Assembly (NCBI GenBank): GCA_041659445.1
Contig: JBAZYG010000001.1
Coordinates: 420,001-452,000, forward strand
Source of the DNA: Candidatus Saccharimonadota bacterium
GTDB lineage: Archaea; Nanobdellota; Nanobdellia; Pacearchaeales; GW2011-AR1
Direction of reading: 5' to 3'
DNA: 32,000 nucleotides
Of the stretch, positions 24,501 to 31,238 are shown in pieces; within the stretch, counting starts at the first letter, position 1, and each line of letters begins with the position of its first letter. Below the pieces are notes generated by a model. That model was not told where the DNA came from and did not search any database. It saw nothing but the letters and a program-made list of their open reading frames with translations. The translations under genes were made by a program, and so were the position numbers.

Positions 24501-25629
24501 AACAGCAAGAATTGGTTCAAAAGATTATACTGGTGCATATCCTATTAGCGTTGTTGATGAAATTCCTTTTGGAGAAGGAGATGCAACTTGCTCTGAACTT
24601 ACTGATTCACTTAATGCAGGATTAAATGATTTAAGAGATAAAATTTCTGAATTTAACCAAGAGTTTGATAGAGAAAGTTTAACTAATGTATTAAAAATAG
24701 ACGGAATTGAAAATATCATCGACGAGTTTTCAATAGAATGCTTAGAATTAGAACAAAATGGGGCAACATCTGACGAAATTTTTGAATTATTAATTACTTA
24801 TTGGGATGAAAATGAAGATTTATTCCATAACTTGGAAATCAATGAAATAATTCAAACAATAAGCGAACCAGAAACATTTAATGTAAAAAGAACACATATT
24901 GATTTGGATAAATTATCTGCAATTACTGGAGAAGAATTTGACGAAGAATTTGTTTCTTTATATGAAGATGCAATTATCTCTTGGAACCAAGAAGATTTAA
25001 TTTCAAATGTAATTACAAGAACTTATGAATTTGAGTTTGACGACGGAACAACAGAATACGGGCTAAATACATTTGAATTTGATTTTGATAAAAAAACTTC
25101 AGTTAAGAATTATTATATAAGTAACCAAATTACAGATTTAGCTTTCAAAGAAATAAGCTTTTTTGATGATAATTTAAATTACACATATTCAGAAATATCT
25201 TCAAATCAGAATAGTTTAACATTATCTACAACAGATGATATTGAAAGTTATAACTTACCTGCATTTATTTCTCCATCAATAAACAAACTTTATGTCTTAA
25301 GCGGAGGAGACGACGTTAATAATGATGAAGAAAATAATATAATTCCAAGTATTAAAGACAATAAACAATTATTTATAATACTTCTAATTGTAGGAATATT
25401 AGTTGTTCTAGGAATAATTGCTTTAGTAATCTTTTTAAAAAAGAAAAAAGGAAAAGAAATAAGGTTGTTTAAGAATAAAACAAATTTGTATAATATCATG
25501 CAATATATTAACAATTCAAAAAGAAAAGGCATGACAAACGAGCAAATTTCAGAAAGTTTAACAAGAGCTGGCTGGAGTAGTGAACAAACAAAATATGCTC
25601 TTAAAAAATTTTCACAAAAAAGTAAATGA
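21511..25629 (+). CDS. Giant (1372 aa) membrane-anchored surface protein: N-terminal globular region, four Cys-rich modules, FN3-like and PKD-like domains, acidic region, TM and a short cytoplasmic tail
   Basis: Signal FLIGFVFGLLLIGLVSA|S. Cys modules at aa 455-523, 527-593, 602-669 and 777-837. FN3-like segment aa ~678-768. PKD signature WNFGDGS (aa 961-967). TM LFIILLIVGILVVLGIIALVIFL. Many N-x-S/T sequons. Confidence 0.9.
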   Translation: MRKKFLIGFVFGLLLIGLVSASFNLGDEDYYVQKEYPAGSYLISWLNISFNNHPLNSNFTDSVSPMNKIPLIEVFEMYGNSNYNYSCTTGNCGNNYGITSPSEIKTSTLKKSQYKLYAFNITDSNIQEINSLSLEVNSNADSSCTSQFKIDIGNDGSYEIANTLVDDDVCSGIYRPTCYYNFGNWNSATTTLTNTTKGTPGNVFSFVLGLFKHTGKSITGDAIYGGLQNVSQIQITTTPLCSEVNLPEAPGYKIGAWINHTNTASSTIKMGIYSLEGNKESECTLNLSSIQNAGNGEIYCNAPGFSLIENSKYYICIWQTSDQTAGKYNVKGKESLTNGCGFKGEPETLPTRDAVYDLSVKKLKYGKLSGQTLPISNDLPNSEKNLSDVIEKYILDNYGELSDCSSGCIVPFKLISYVDKGVSVSSSGGTSGSTTTGTGTGNVIAGMVTMEVTVCYEDDGGDKPYEPGTVTCVIGTEPYQFTEYHDDVCNNNVLTEYYLTGTDTYYYKTYTCAGGCSEYPGKCKSYCTDSDGLNNKFEKGTVTVVNGSGTTSKTDYCMTTPGWVWEYQCLGNNSITGNYLTCPTGYNCSDGACVSESNENSCSDSDEGQNFYVKGNVIGFYNGVSYNYSDYCSSGKIEEYYCRTIAGQETYDWNLTNCPTGYTCSSGRCISTGTTYGVPEITSANAVNVQSTSAILNAQTNIVATCKYSKVYPILPYSNMEGTFSTTNSKSHTTTLLGLTSNTDYKYYIKCINDSTSSNAKEVTFKTTSSGGSSSSCYDADANLGVQSVYTASYAIYNTKQYDDVCQGGKLIEQYCTNDILKNASLSCPYGCSNGACIKKTANTTIPDHTITLKNVQLKYNVLSGENVVLKTEKRIYNFEYLNYLINSNYQKLTLDGLFKLPNTPQVFNYNLKLNGTTVYTEQLKISNISMTVTPSIVEKGTSTTFITTISPEQEVKYLIWNFGDGSNITNQTIDDSIGTSSLDKTYSQNGNYVLTLTARIGSKDYTGAYPISVVDEIPFGEGDATCSELTDSLNAGLNDLRDKISEFNQEFDRESLTNVLKIDGIENIIDEFSIECLELEQNGATSDEIFELLITYWDENEDLFHNLEINEIIQTISEPETFNVKRTHIDLDKLSAITGEEFDEEFVSLYEDAIISWNQEDLISNVITRTYEFEFDDGTTEYGLNTFEFDFDKKTSVKNYYISNQITDLAFKEISFFDDNLNYTYSEISSNQNSLTLSTTDDIESYNLPAFISPSINKLYVLSGGDDVNNDEENNIIPSIKDNKQLFIILLIVGILVVLGIIALVIFLKKKKGKEIRLFKNKTNLYNIMQYINNSKRKGMTNEQISESLTRAGWSSEQTKYALKKFSQKSK
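22873..23517 (+). repeat. Three consecutive Cys-rich ~65-70-aa modules (protein-level repeat)
   Basis: Shared pattern C-x-D(S/D)D-x-G..G-x-V..Y-x-D-x-C..(L/I)-x-E-Y-x-C..C-(P)-x-G..C-S-x-G-x-C. Examples: CTDSDGLNNKFEKGTV..DYCMTTPGWVWEYQC..CPTGYNCSDGAC and CSDSDEGQNFYVKGNV..DYCSSGKIEEYYC..CPTGYTCSSGRC. Confidence 0.75.
23839..24021 (+). repeat. Fourth copy of the Cys-rich module, separated from the others by the FN3-like domain
   Basis: CYDADANLGVQSVY..YDDVCQGGKLIEQYC..LSCPYGCSNGAC. Confidence 0.7.
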
Positions 25630-25692
25630 TAATCTGTACTTTTACTGAAAAATTAGCAAAACATTAATAAATAATATACTCTAAAATATAAA

Positions 25693-26334
25693 ATGGAAAT
25701 AAAAATATTCAAAAATTTCTTTAAGAAAATGTTTAATAATTTGTATAAAGGAAAAAAAGAAATTAAATTAGGATTTTATGGGCCACCTAATGCAGGAAAG
25801 ACAAGTTTAGCAAATAGAATTTGCAAAGATTTTACAGGAGAAGAAATTGGAAATGTCAGTAAAATACCTCATGAAACAAGAAGTGTTCAGTTTAAAGAAA
25901 AAGTTGAGATTAAGTATAAAGGAAAATCAATGACATTTAAAATGATTGATACCCCTGGAATTGCTACAAAAATAGATTATGAAGATTTCTTAAAATATAA
26001 ACTGGGCAAAAAAGAAGCAAAGCAAAGAGCAAAAGAAGCAACCCAGGGAATTGTTGAAAGTATTAAATGGCTCGACGATATGGACGTTGTTGTAGTTGTC
26101 TTAGATGCTTCAGAAAACCCTTACAATCAAGTAAATATAACAATTATAGGAAATCTTGTTGCGCGAAAAATCCCTGTTTTAATAGTTGCAAATAAAATTG
26201 ATTTGCATAAAGCAGACATAAAAAAAATAGAATCAGCATTTCCAGAATATGATGTTATTGGAATGAGTGCTAAATATGGTAAAAATTTAGAGGAATTTTA
26301 TGAAACACTATTCAAACTTTCAAAGGGAAAATAA
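25693..26334 (+). CDS. Small GTP-binding protein (archaeal Era/EngB-like GTPase)
   Basis: G1 GPPNAGKTS, G2 region PHETR, G3 DTPG, G4 NKID, G5 SAK. Confidence 0.85.
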   Translation: MEIKIFKNFFKKMFNNLYKGKKEIKLGFYGPPNAGKTSLANRICKDFTGEEIGNVSKIPHETRSVQFKEKVEIKYKGKSMTFKMIDTPGIATKIDYEDFLKYKLGKKEAKQRAKEATQGIVESIKWLDDMDVVVVVLDASENPYNQVNITIIGNLVARKIPVLIVANKIDLHKADIKKIESAFPEYDVIGMSAKYGKNLEEFYETLFKLSKGK

Positions 26335-26346
26335 AATGGTGAAAAT

Positions 26347-26748
26347 ATGAGTAAAAAAGATTTTGGAAAAATAAAAGGATTTTCAATTCAGTTTCTTCCT
26401 TATTCTGAAATAAAACACTTGGACAGTACTGAAAGAATTAGAAAAATTTTGGGAATTGTTTTAGGAAATAATATTTTAATGATTCAGGGAAGGCTTAAAC
26501 CTGAAGAAGAAACAAGATTAATTGGGGACACTGTTGCAATGATAGATCATATAAAAGGTTTCAAAGGAATTGAACTTGCAGTAATTGCAGGAAATGGAAA
26601 TCATAGTATTTTAGATAATTTCAAACAAAAACTTGTAAAAAGTTTAAGTGGAGGAGATTTGGGAGCTATAACAATTATTGGTCCTGCTACAATTGTAAAG
26701 GAAATAAAAAGAAATCCAAAGAAAATTGAATTATTCTTAAATAAATAA
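26347..26748 (+). CDS. Conserved archaeal protein of unknown function (DUF2073-like, by recollection of the GTPase-linked family)
   Basis: 133 aa. Follows the GTPase after a 12-nt gap containing GGTGA. The family assignment rests on gene context and general similarity only. Confidence 0.55.
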   Translation: MSKKDFGKIKGFSIQFLPYSEIKHLDSTERIRKILGIVLGNNILMIQGRLKPEEETRLIGDTVAMIDHIKGFKGIELAVIAGNGNHSILDNFKQKLVKSLSGGDLGAITIIGPATIVKEIKRNPKKIELFLNK

Positions 26749-26757
26749 TTTGAAACA

Positions 26758-26765
26758 TTTATATA
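26758..26765 (+). promoter_or_regulatory. TATA-like box (TTTATATA) for the Zn-ribbon gene
   Basis: Lies 21 nt upstream of the ATG at 26787. Confidence 0.4.
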
Positions 26766-26786
26766 TTCTTAAGATTTTAAAGCATT

Positions 26787-27194
26787 ATGCCACACCAATG
26801 CGTTAGATGTTCTAAAATAATTGGACAAGGAAGTAAAGAACTTCTAGCAGGATGTGCAAACTGCGGAAGTCATTTCTTTTTTTACATAAAAGAAGAACAA
26901 TTACGAAAAGCAAAAGAAGATCCAATAATTATTCCAGAAAATGAAAGAGATAAAATAGAGAAAGATGTTAGAGAAATTGCTGGAATAGAAGAAGAAAATC
27001 AACCAGTAATCTTAGATTTAGAATCCATAAGAATTAGCGGGCCTGGAAAATTTGAAATTGATGTAGTTAATTTGTTTAATGAAAAACGACCATTAATTTA
27101 TAGATTAGAAGAAGGAAAATACATTATTGATTTAGCTACAACTTTAGGAAAATATACTAAAAAGCTTGGAGAAGATAAATCTCATGAAAAATGA
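26787..27194 (+). CDS. Zn-ribbon protein (DUF2072-like, archaeal)
   Basis: N-terminal CxxC..CxxC ribbon MPHQCVRCSKIIGQGSKELLAGCANCGSHFFFY. Confidence 0.7.
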   Translation: MPHQCVRCSKIIGQGSKELLAGCANCGSHFFFYIKEEQLRKAKEDPIIIPENERDKIEKDVREIAGIEEENQPVILDLESIRISGPGKFEIDVVNLFNEKRPLIYRLEEGKYIIDLATTLGKYTKKLGEDKSHEK

Positions 27195-28470
27195 AACTTC
27201 ATTAATCTTAAAAAAAATTCTTGAAAAAATAAATCCTGAAGAAAATAAAATAAAAATTATAAAAAATGAAGTTTCACAATTTGTAAAAGAAGTTAAAATA
27301 CAAATAAAAAAACAAAAAATAAATGCAGAAGTTTTTATTGGCGGGAGTTTTGCAAAGAATACAATAATAAAAAAAGATGTTTATGACGTCGACATTTTTA
27401 TTAGATTTGACAAAAAATACATAAATAATAATTTAACTGAACTCACAAACAAACTTTTAAAAAATATCAAAAACAAAAAGAAAATTCATGGTTCTAGGGA
27501 TTATTTTAACATAAAAATAACTGATTTCTTTTATTTGGAAATTGTTCCAGTAATAAAAATAAAAAATCCTAAAGAAGCACAAAATATAACAGATTTTTCA
27601 TATTCACATGTAAATTATGTAAATAAAAAAATAAAATCCCAAAAAATTATTGATGAAATAAAAATAATGAAAACATTTTGTCAAGCAAATGACTTTTATG
27701 GTGCAGAATCATACATCCGAGGTTTTTCAGGATACACTACTGAGTTATTGATAATTTATTATAAAACATTTTTAAATTTATTAAAAAATTTATCAAAAGA
27801 AAATAAAGAAAAAATAATCATCGATATTGAGAATTTTTATAAAGATAAAAATTCAGTTTTAATGAATTTGAACGAATCAAAACTAGAATCTCCAATAATC
27901 TTAATAGACCCAACAAATAAATATAGAAATGCTCTTGCAGCATTGTCAAATGAAACTTTCTCAAAATTTAAAGAGGAAGCTAAGAAATTTTTAAAGAATC
28001 CAAAAATTGAATTTTTTGAAAAAAAGAAAATTGACTTGAAAAAAATTAAAGAAAACGCATTAAAGAAAAAACAAGAATTTATTTTGATGATAATCTCCAC
28101 AAAAAAACAAGAAGGAGATATTGCAGGTTCAAAATTACTGAAGTTTTATAATCATTTATGTTTAGAGATTAATAGATTTTTTGAAATAAAAGAAAAAGGA
28201 TTTAATTATAATAATCAAAAATCTGCAAAAATATTTTTAGTTGTAAAAAAAAGAAACGAAATAATTCTTGAAGGACCTTTAATTAAAGACATAAAAAATC
28301 TGAATAAATTCAAGGAAAGACATAAAAACACATTTGAAAAAAAAGGCAGAATTTATGCTCAAGAAAAATTTAAACTTGATTTAAATCAATTTGTTGATTC
28401 ATGGAAAAATAAGAATAAAAGAAAAATCCTTGAAATGAATATTTCTGAAATGAAAATTTCAGGGGATTAA
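27184..28470 (+). CDS. cca: CCA-adding enzyme (class I archaeal tRNA nucleotidyltransferase)
   Basis: The track start at 27166 is a TTG, and the first ATG is 27184 (MKNETSLILKKILEKINPEE). Nucleotidyltransferase motif GGSFAKNTIIKKDVYDVDIFIRF. The length (~428 aa) fits archaeal CCA enzymes. Confidence 0.85.
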   Translation: MKNETSLILKKILEKINPEENKIKIIKNEVSQFVKEVKIQIKKQKINAEVFIGGSFAKNTIIKKDVYDVDIFIRFDKKYINNNLTELTNKLLKNIKNKKKIHGSRDYFNIKITDFFYLEIVPVIKIKNPKEAQNITDFSYSHVNYVNKKIKSQKIIDEIKIMKTFCQANDFYGAESYIRGFSGYTTELLIIYYKTFLNLLKNLSKENKEKIIIDIENFYKDKNSVLMNLNESKLESPIILIDPTNKYRNALAALSNETFSKFKEEAKKFLKNPKIEFFEKKKIDLKKIKENALKKKQEFILMIISTKKQEGDIAGSKLLKFYNHLCLEINRFFEIKEKGFNYNNQKSAKIFLVVKKRNEIILEGPLIKDIKNLNKFKERHKNTFEKKGRIYAQEKFKLDLNQFVDSWKNKNKRKILEMNISEMKISGD

Positions 28471-28740
28471 TTAACCTCCAAAATAATCTGATAAGTTCAT
28501 TAATTTATAATCTAATATTCTTACATCTATAATATTATCTAATGGCAAAGGTATGATTTGACATTCATTTTGATTATTTCTAGAATAAAATAAAAAATCT
28601 ATACATGGATTCTTTTGTTTCTCTAAACCTCGAAAATACCCAACTATCTTAATATTATCATTTCCATTAAGAGAGATTTCTATTTGATTTCCTATAGAAA
28701 TGTTCAAACATTTTATCTTATTAAATAAAGTTTTTTCCAT
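28471..28740 (-). CDS. Small orphan protein (89 aa), paralogue of the 29010-29288 product
   Basis: Shared ordered blocks with the 92-aa protein: KIK-x-x-N-x-x-x-G-x-x-IE, GYF, IIP and IL-x-YK. TAAAATG junction upstream. Confidence 0.6.
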   Translation of the reverse strand: MEKTLFNKIKCLNISIGNQIEISLNGNDNIKIVGYFRGLEKQKNPCIDFLFYSRNNQNECQIIPLPLDNIIDVRILDYKLMNLSDYFGG

Positions 28741-28741
28741 T

Positions 28742-29008
28742 TTAATTCAACACCTCAAGATAATTTAATTTCTTAGGGTATTTTGAAATATCTTCTCCTG
28801 ATTTTTTTAATGCTCTTAATAAAACCTTATAATTTGATTTTAAATCTGACAAATCTCTTGTTAAATCATTAAGTTTTAAAAAAGGATATTTAACAAAAAA
28901 AGATTTTGGGGTTTTAACAATAAGTTCATATTCATCAATTACTTCTTCTAACAATCCTTTAGAATAAGCTATGTGAATTTCTTTGTTTGGATTTTCTTCT
29001 AATTCCAT
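28742..29008 (-). CDS. Small orphan protein (88 aa)
   Basis: TAAAATG junctions on both sides. No motif recognised. Confidence 0.55.
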   Translation of the reverse strand: MELEENPNKEIHIAYSKGLLEEVIDEYELIVKTPKSFFVKYPFLKLNDLTRDLSDLKSNYKVLLRALKKSGEDISKYPKKLNYLEVLN

Positions 29009-29009
29009 T

Positions 29010-29288
29010 TTATTTTTTATACTCTAATATTTTTATTTCTTTAATACAAGGAATAATTGTTTCTATATTCTCTTTTCCATTGGTATAAACCAACATTCCA
29101 AATTTGTATTTAAATCCCTCTTGTTCTCTATTACATATTATTTTTTTAAAATATCCCATTTCTTTATATTTTTCAGTGTTTCCAGGAATAAAACCTAAAT
29201 CATCTAGTACTGAAGTATCTATATCTAATTCAATTTTATCTCCGACTTGTAAATTCATTTCTTTAATTTTTTCTAATGTTATTGTCAT
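29010..29288 (-). CDS. Small orphan protein (92 aa), paralogue of the 28471-28740 product
   Basis: MTITLEKIKEMNLQVGDKIELDID..EMGYFKKI..ETIIPCIKEIKILEYKK. ATGA overlap with the upstream gene. Confidence 0.6.
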   Translation of the reverse strand: MTITLEKIKEMNLQVGDKIELDIDTSVLDDLGFIPGNTEKYKEMGYFKKIICNREQEGFKYKFGMLVYTNGKENIETIIPCIKEIKILEYKK

Positions 29289-29617
29289 TTTACTTCTCCT
29301 TTTTGTTTTAATTTTTCTTCAAGAGTTTTTTTAAAAGTATCTAAATCTTCTTGAGAGACCTTGAAATTAGAATTAATTATCACATTTTTTGAAAGCAATT
29401 TTTTTCCATTAACAATAGAATATCCTGAAATATTACATTCTTTCATTTTTTTTGCAAAACTTTCTGCCGCAATTTCAGGCTTACTCCCATAATTAGTAAT
29501 AGACATTTCAGGCAAGAGTATACCATATTCATTAAGCATATAAGGTTCTAAAGGTATTGCTCCCAATAAAAAATCCTCTTCTTTATCTTTTCCTAAAAAA
29601 ATTTGTGCTTTTTTCAT
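29285..29617 (-). CDS. Small orphan protein (110 aa)
   Basis: TAAAATG junction upstream. No motif recognised. Confidence 0.55.
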   Translation of the reverse strand: MKKAQIFLGKDKEEDFLLGAIPLEPYMLNEYGILLPEMSITNYGSKPEIAAESFAKKMKECNISGYSIVNGKKLLSKNVIINSNFKVSQEDLDTFKKTLEEKLKQKGEVK

Positions 29618-29618
29618 T

Positions 29619-29840
29619 TTATTTTTCTCCTTTGTTTTTAGTTATATGTTTTTTATAAATCCTATTTACAACTACCCCTCCAATCATCATACTATAACCA
29701 CCTACTTGATATAATAAAGGTTTTAAATTTTTTGATTCATTTTTTTCTGTCATTTTGTAAAATTCATAATATCCTAATATACCTAATGAAATACCAGCAA
29801 AAACCATACTTAAACCTATAATTTTTCCTAAATTTTTCAT
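29619..29840 (-). CDS. Small two-TM membrane protein (73 aa)
   Basis: Two hydrophobic helices: IIGLSMVFAGISLGILGYY and LLYQVGGYSMMIGGVVV. Confidence 0.6.
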   Translation of the reverse strand: MKNLGKIIGLSMVFAGISLGILGYYEFYKMTEKNESKNLKPLLYQVGGYSMMIGGVVVNRIYKKHITKNKGEK

Positions 29841-29842
29841 TT

Positions 29843-30094
29843 TTATTCTATTGGAACATAATTTAAATGTGAAGTTAATGTAAATAAAGTGGAATCTGCA
29901 TAAACTTCTAATTTTCCTATAAATTCTTTTTCTTTTTTAAAAGGCATTCTTTTACCTTGAGATTCAGCTATCTCTCTTTTTGTTGTTATTTCCCCTTCAT
30001 TAGAAATTATTGAAATTGCCCTTCTTGTTTTTGGATCAAAGTAATCTGTGGATAAACTTGAGGTAAACCTATAACATTTTATTTTTTCTGTCAT
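29843..30094 (-). CDS. Small orphan protein (83 aa)
   Basis: The track start at 30103 is a GTG. The first ATG at 30094 (MTEKIKCYRF..) gives a TGA-A-ATG junction with the TrmB gene, matching the junction style of the operon. Confidence 0.55.
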   Translation of the reverse strand: MTEKIKCYRFTSSLSTDYFDPKTRRAISIISNEGEITTKREIAESQGKRMPFKKEKEFIGKLEVYADSTLFTLTSHLNYVPIE

Positions 30095-30095
30095 T

Positions 30096-30872
30096 TCACT
30101 CACCTATTGTTTTTTCGAATAATGTTGCAAAAGCTTCTGCGAAAAATTCTGAGTTAAGCCAGATTGCCACATCATCTTTTCCTTTTTCTTTAGATAAGTA
30201 AAATAAAATTTCTTTTCTGTCGATTATGAAGAATTTAGCGTCGACATTTGTTCTTGCTATTTTTAATTTAAGTTTGTTCTCTACTTGACTTATTAAAAAT
30301 TCTTCTCCTGAAAGAGCCATTTTCACTTTGATTTTTCCTTTTTTCAAAATGTCCATTGTTTCCATGAAAAGTCCTAACTTAAGTTTGATTTCTTCAGCAT
30401 TAGTACAAATTATTACTTCTTTTTCAGCATTTTCAAGAATTTCTCTTAAATAATTTGTAATGTTTGATTTTCCTCTTAATGCTGCTGAGAGATCTTCTCT
30501 TTTAACAGGATTAATTCCAACAGTGTATAATTCTTCTAAATTTACAAATTCTTCTGTTGATTGAATATTAGATAATGATTGAATTCTGTCTTCTGCATCT
30601 TTTCTAACATTGTTTTTTAATTTTTCAAGAATTATTTTTGGTTTTACTCCAAGATATTTTACAGGTTTTCCTAATTTTACAATTGCAAATCCTTTTTTTT
30701 CAAGACTTTCTAATACATCATAAGTTCTTGATCTTGGAACTCCGGAAATTGATGCAATTTCTCCTGCAGATGCGCTTCCTTTTCCAAGCAAAGCTAACCA
30801 AACTTTTGTTTCATAAATATTCAAATCAAAGTAATCTTTGATTTTCGCAATAAGATCTTGTTTTAATATCAT
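30096..30872 (-). CDS. TrmB-family transcriptional regulator (N-terminal wHTH plus a TrmB C-terminal-type domain)
   Basis: LNIYETKVWLALLGKGSASAGEIASISGVPRSRTYDVLESLEKKGFA is the classic TrmB HTH. A C-terminal effector-type domain of ~130 aa follows. Confidence 0.85.
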   Translation of the reverse strand: MILKQDLIAKIKDYFDLNIYETKVWLALLGKGSASAGEIASISGVPRSRTYDVLESLEKKGFAIVKLGKPVKYLGVKPKIILEKLKNNVRKDAEDRIQSLSNIQSTEEFVNLEELYTVGINPVKREDLSAALRGKSNITNYLREILENAEKEVIICTNAEEIKLKLGLFMETMDILKKGKIKVKMALSGEEFLISQVENKLKLKIARTNVDAKFFIIDRKEILFYLSKEKGKDDVAIWLNSEFFAEAFATLFEKTIGE

Positions 30873-31237
30873 TTTTTATTTCTCCTTTTAAGATTTAATT
30901 TATTCTTTTCAATTTCAAAAGAGTATTTAACAGGTGTTCCAGGAGTATGATTTCCAGATTTATCTGTACGGGTTATTTGTGCTTGAGTTTCATAATTTCC
31001 AGTTATGATTAATGAAACATTATCCTCGTATTTTATAGGTACAACTTTAATTTTACTAAAATAAACATTATATCTAGATAATCCTGAAAGTTCATTCCTT
31101 AATTCTATATCTGGAAACCCAATAGTTTCTATATCTATTCCATTTGCTTTTAAAAAGGGTTTAATTTCATCTGCACTAAACCATTCGGGATTTAATTTTT
31201 CTTTAAATTTATTTATTAAATTTTGTAATTGTTTCAT
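30869..31237 (-). CDS. Small orphan protein (122 aa)
   Basis: TAAAATG junction upstream and ATGA overlap downstream. No motif recognised. Confidence 0.55.
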   Translation of the reverse strand: MKQLQNLINKFKEKLNPEWFSADEIKPFLKANGIDIETIGFPDIELRNELSGLSRYNVYFSKIKVVPIKYEDNVSLIITGNYETQAQITRTDKSGNHTPGTPVKYSFEIEKNKLNLKRRNKK

Positions 31238-31238
31238 T

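Noticed and set aside
19014-25629. A diversity-generating retroelement or other targeted hypervariation acting on the giant surface proteins.
   Set aside because: No reverse transcriptase ORF (no YxDD-type motif) is present, and I saw no near-identical template/variable DNA repeat pair. The internal repeats are diverged at the nucleotide level.
26336-26350. The four-codon mini-ORF (ATG GTG AAA ATA TGA) between the GTPase and the next gene as a real relay ORF.
   Set aside because: It is too short to support on sequence alone. The same bases contain GGTGA, which could simply act as a Shine-Dalgarno-like element. It is noted only under the GTPase-trio finding.
27166-27183. Non-ATG starts shown as M in the track: TTG at 27166 (cca), GTG at 30103, GTG at 31784 and GTG at 109.
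   Set aside because: In each case a downstream ATG fits the local rules better. These are an 11-nt overlap for cca, a TGA-A-ATG junction at 30094 and a TTTATAAA box 22 nt upstream of 31718. The GTG at 109 is inside a frame open from nt 1. Alternative starts cannot be excluded without N-terminal data.
2693-30841. The ORF track lists 22 ORFs of 62-106 aa that lie antisense to, or out of frame within, much longer and well-supported genes. They are 2693-2920, 3594-3782, 6664-6852, 7556-7756, 8881-9087, 9892-10110, 10457-10660, 11069-11362, 11229-11513, 14084-14293, 15344-15574, 16560-16748, 17439-17627, 21004-21267, 21109-21303, 22307-22522, 23186-23506, 24525-24719, 25290-25532, 27837-28100, 29104-29334 and 30638-30841.
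   Set aside because: Each is embedded in a longer ORF that has clear motifs or operon context. Their translations are low-complexity (Phe/Leu/Ile/Lys/Asn-rich), as expected from shadow frames in AT-rich DNA. None has a TATA box or a coupled junction.
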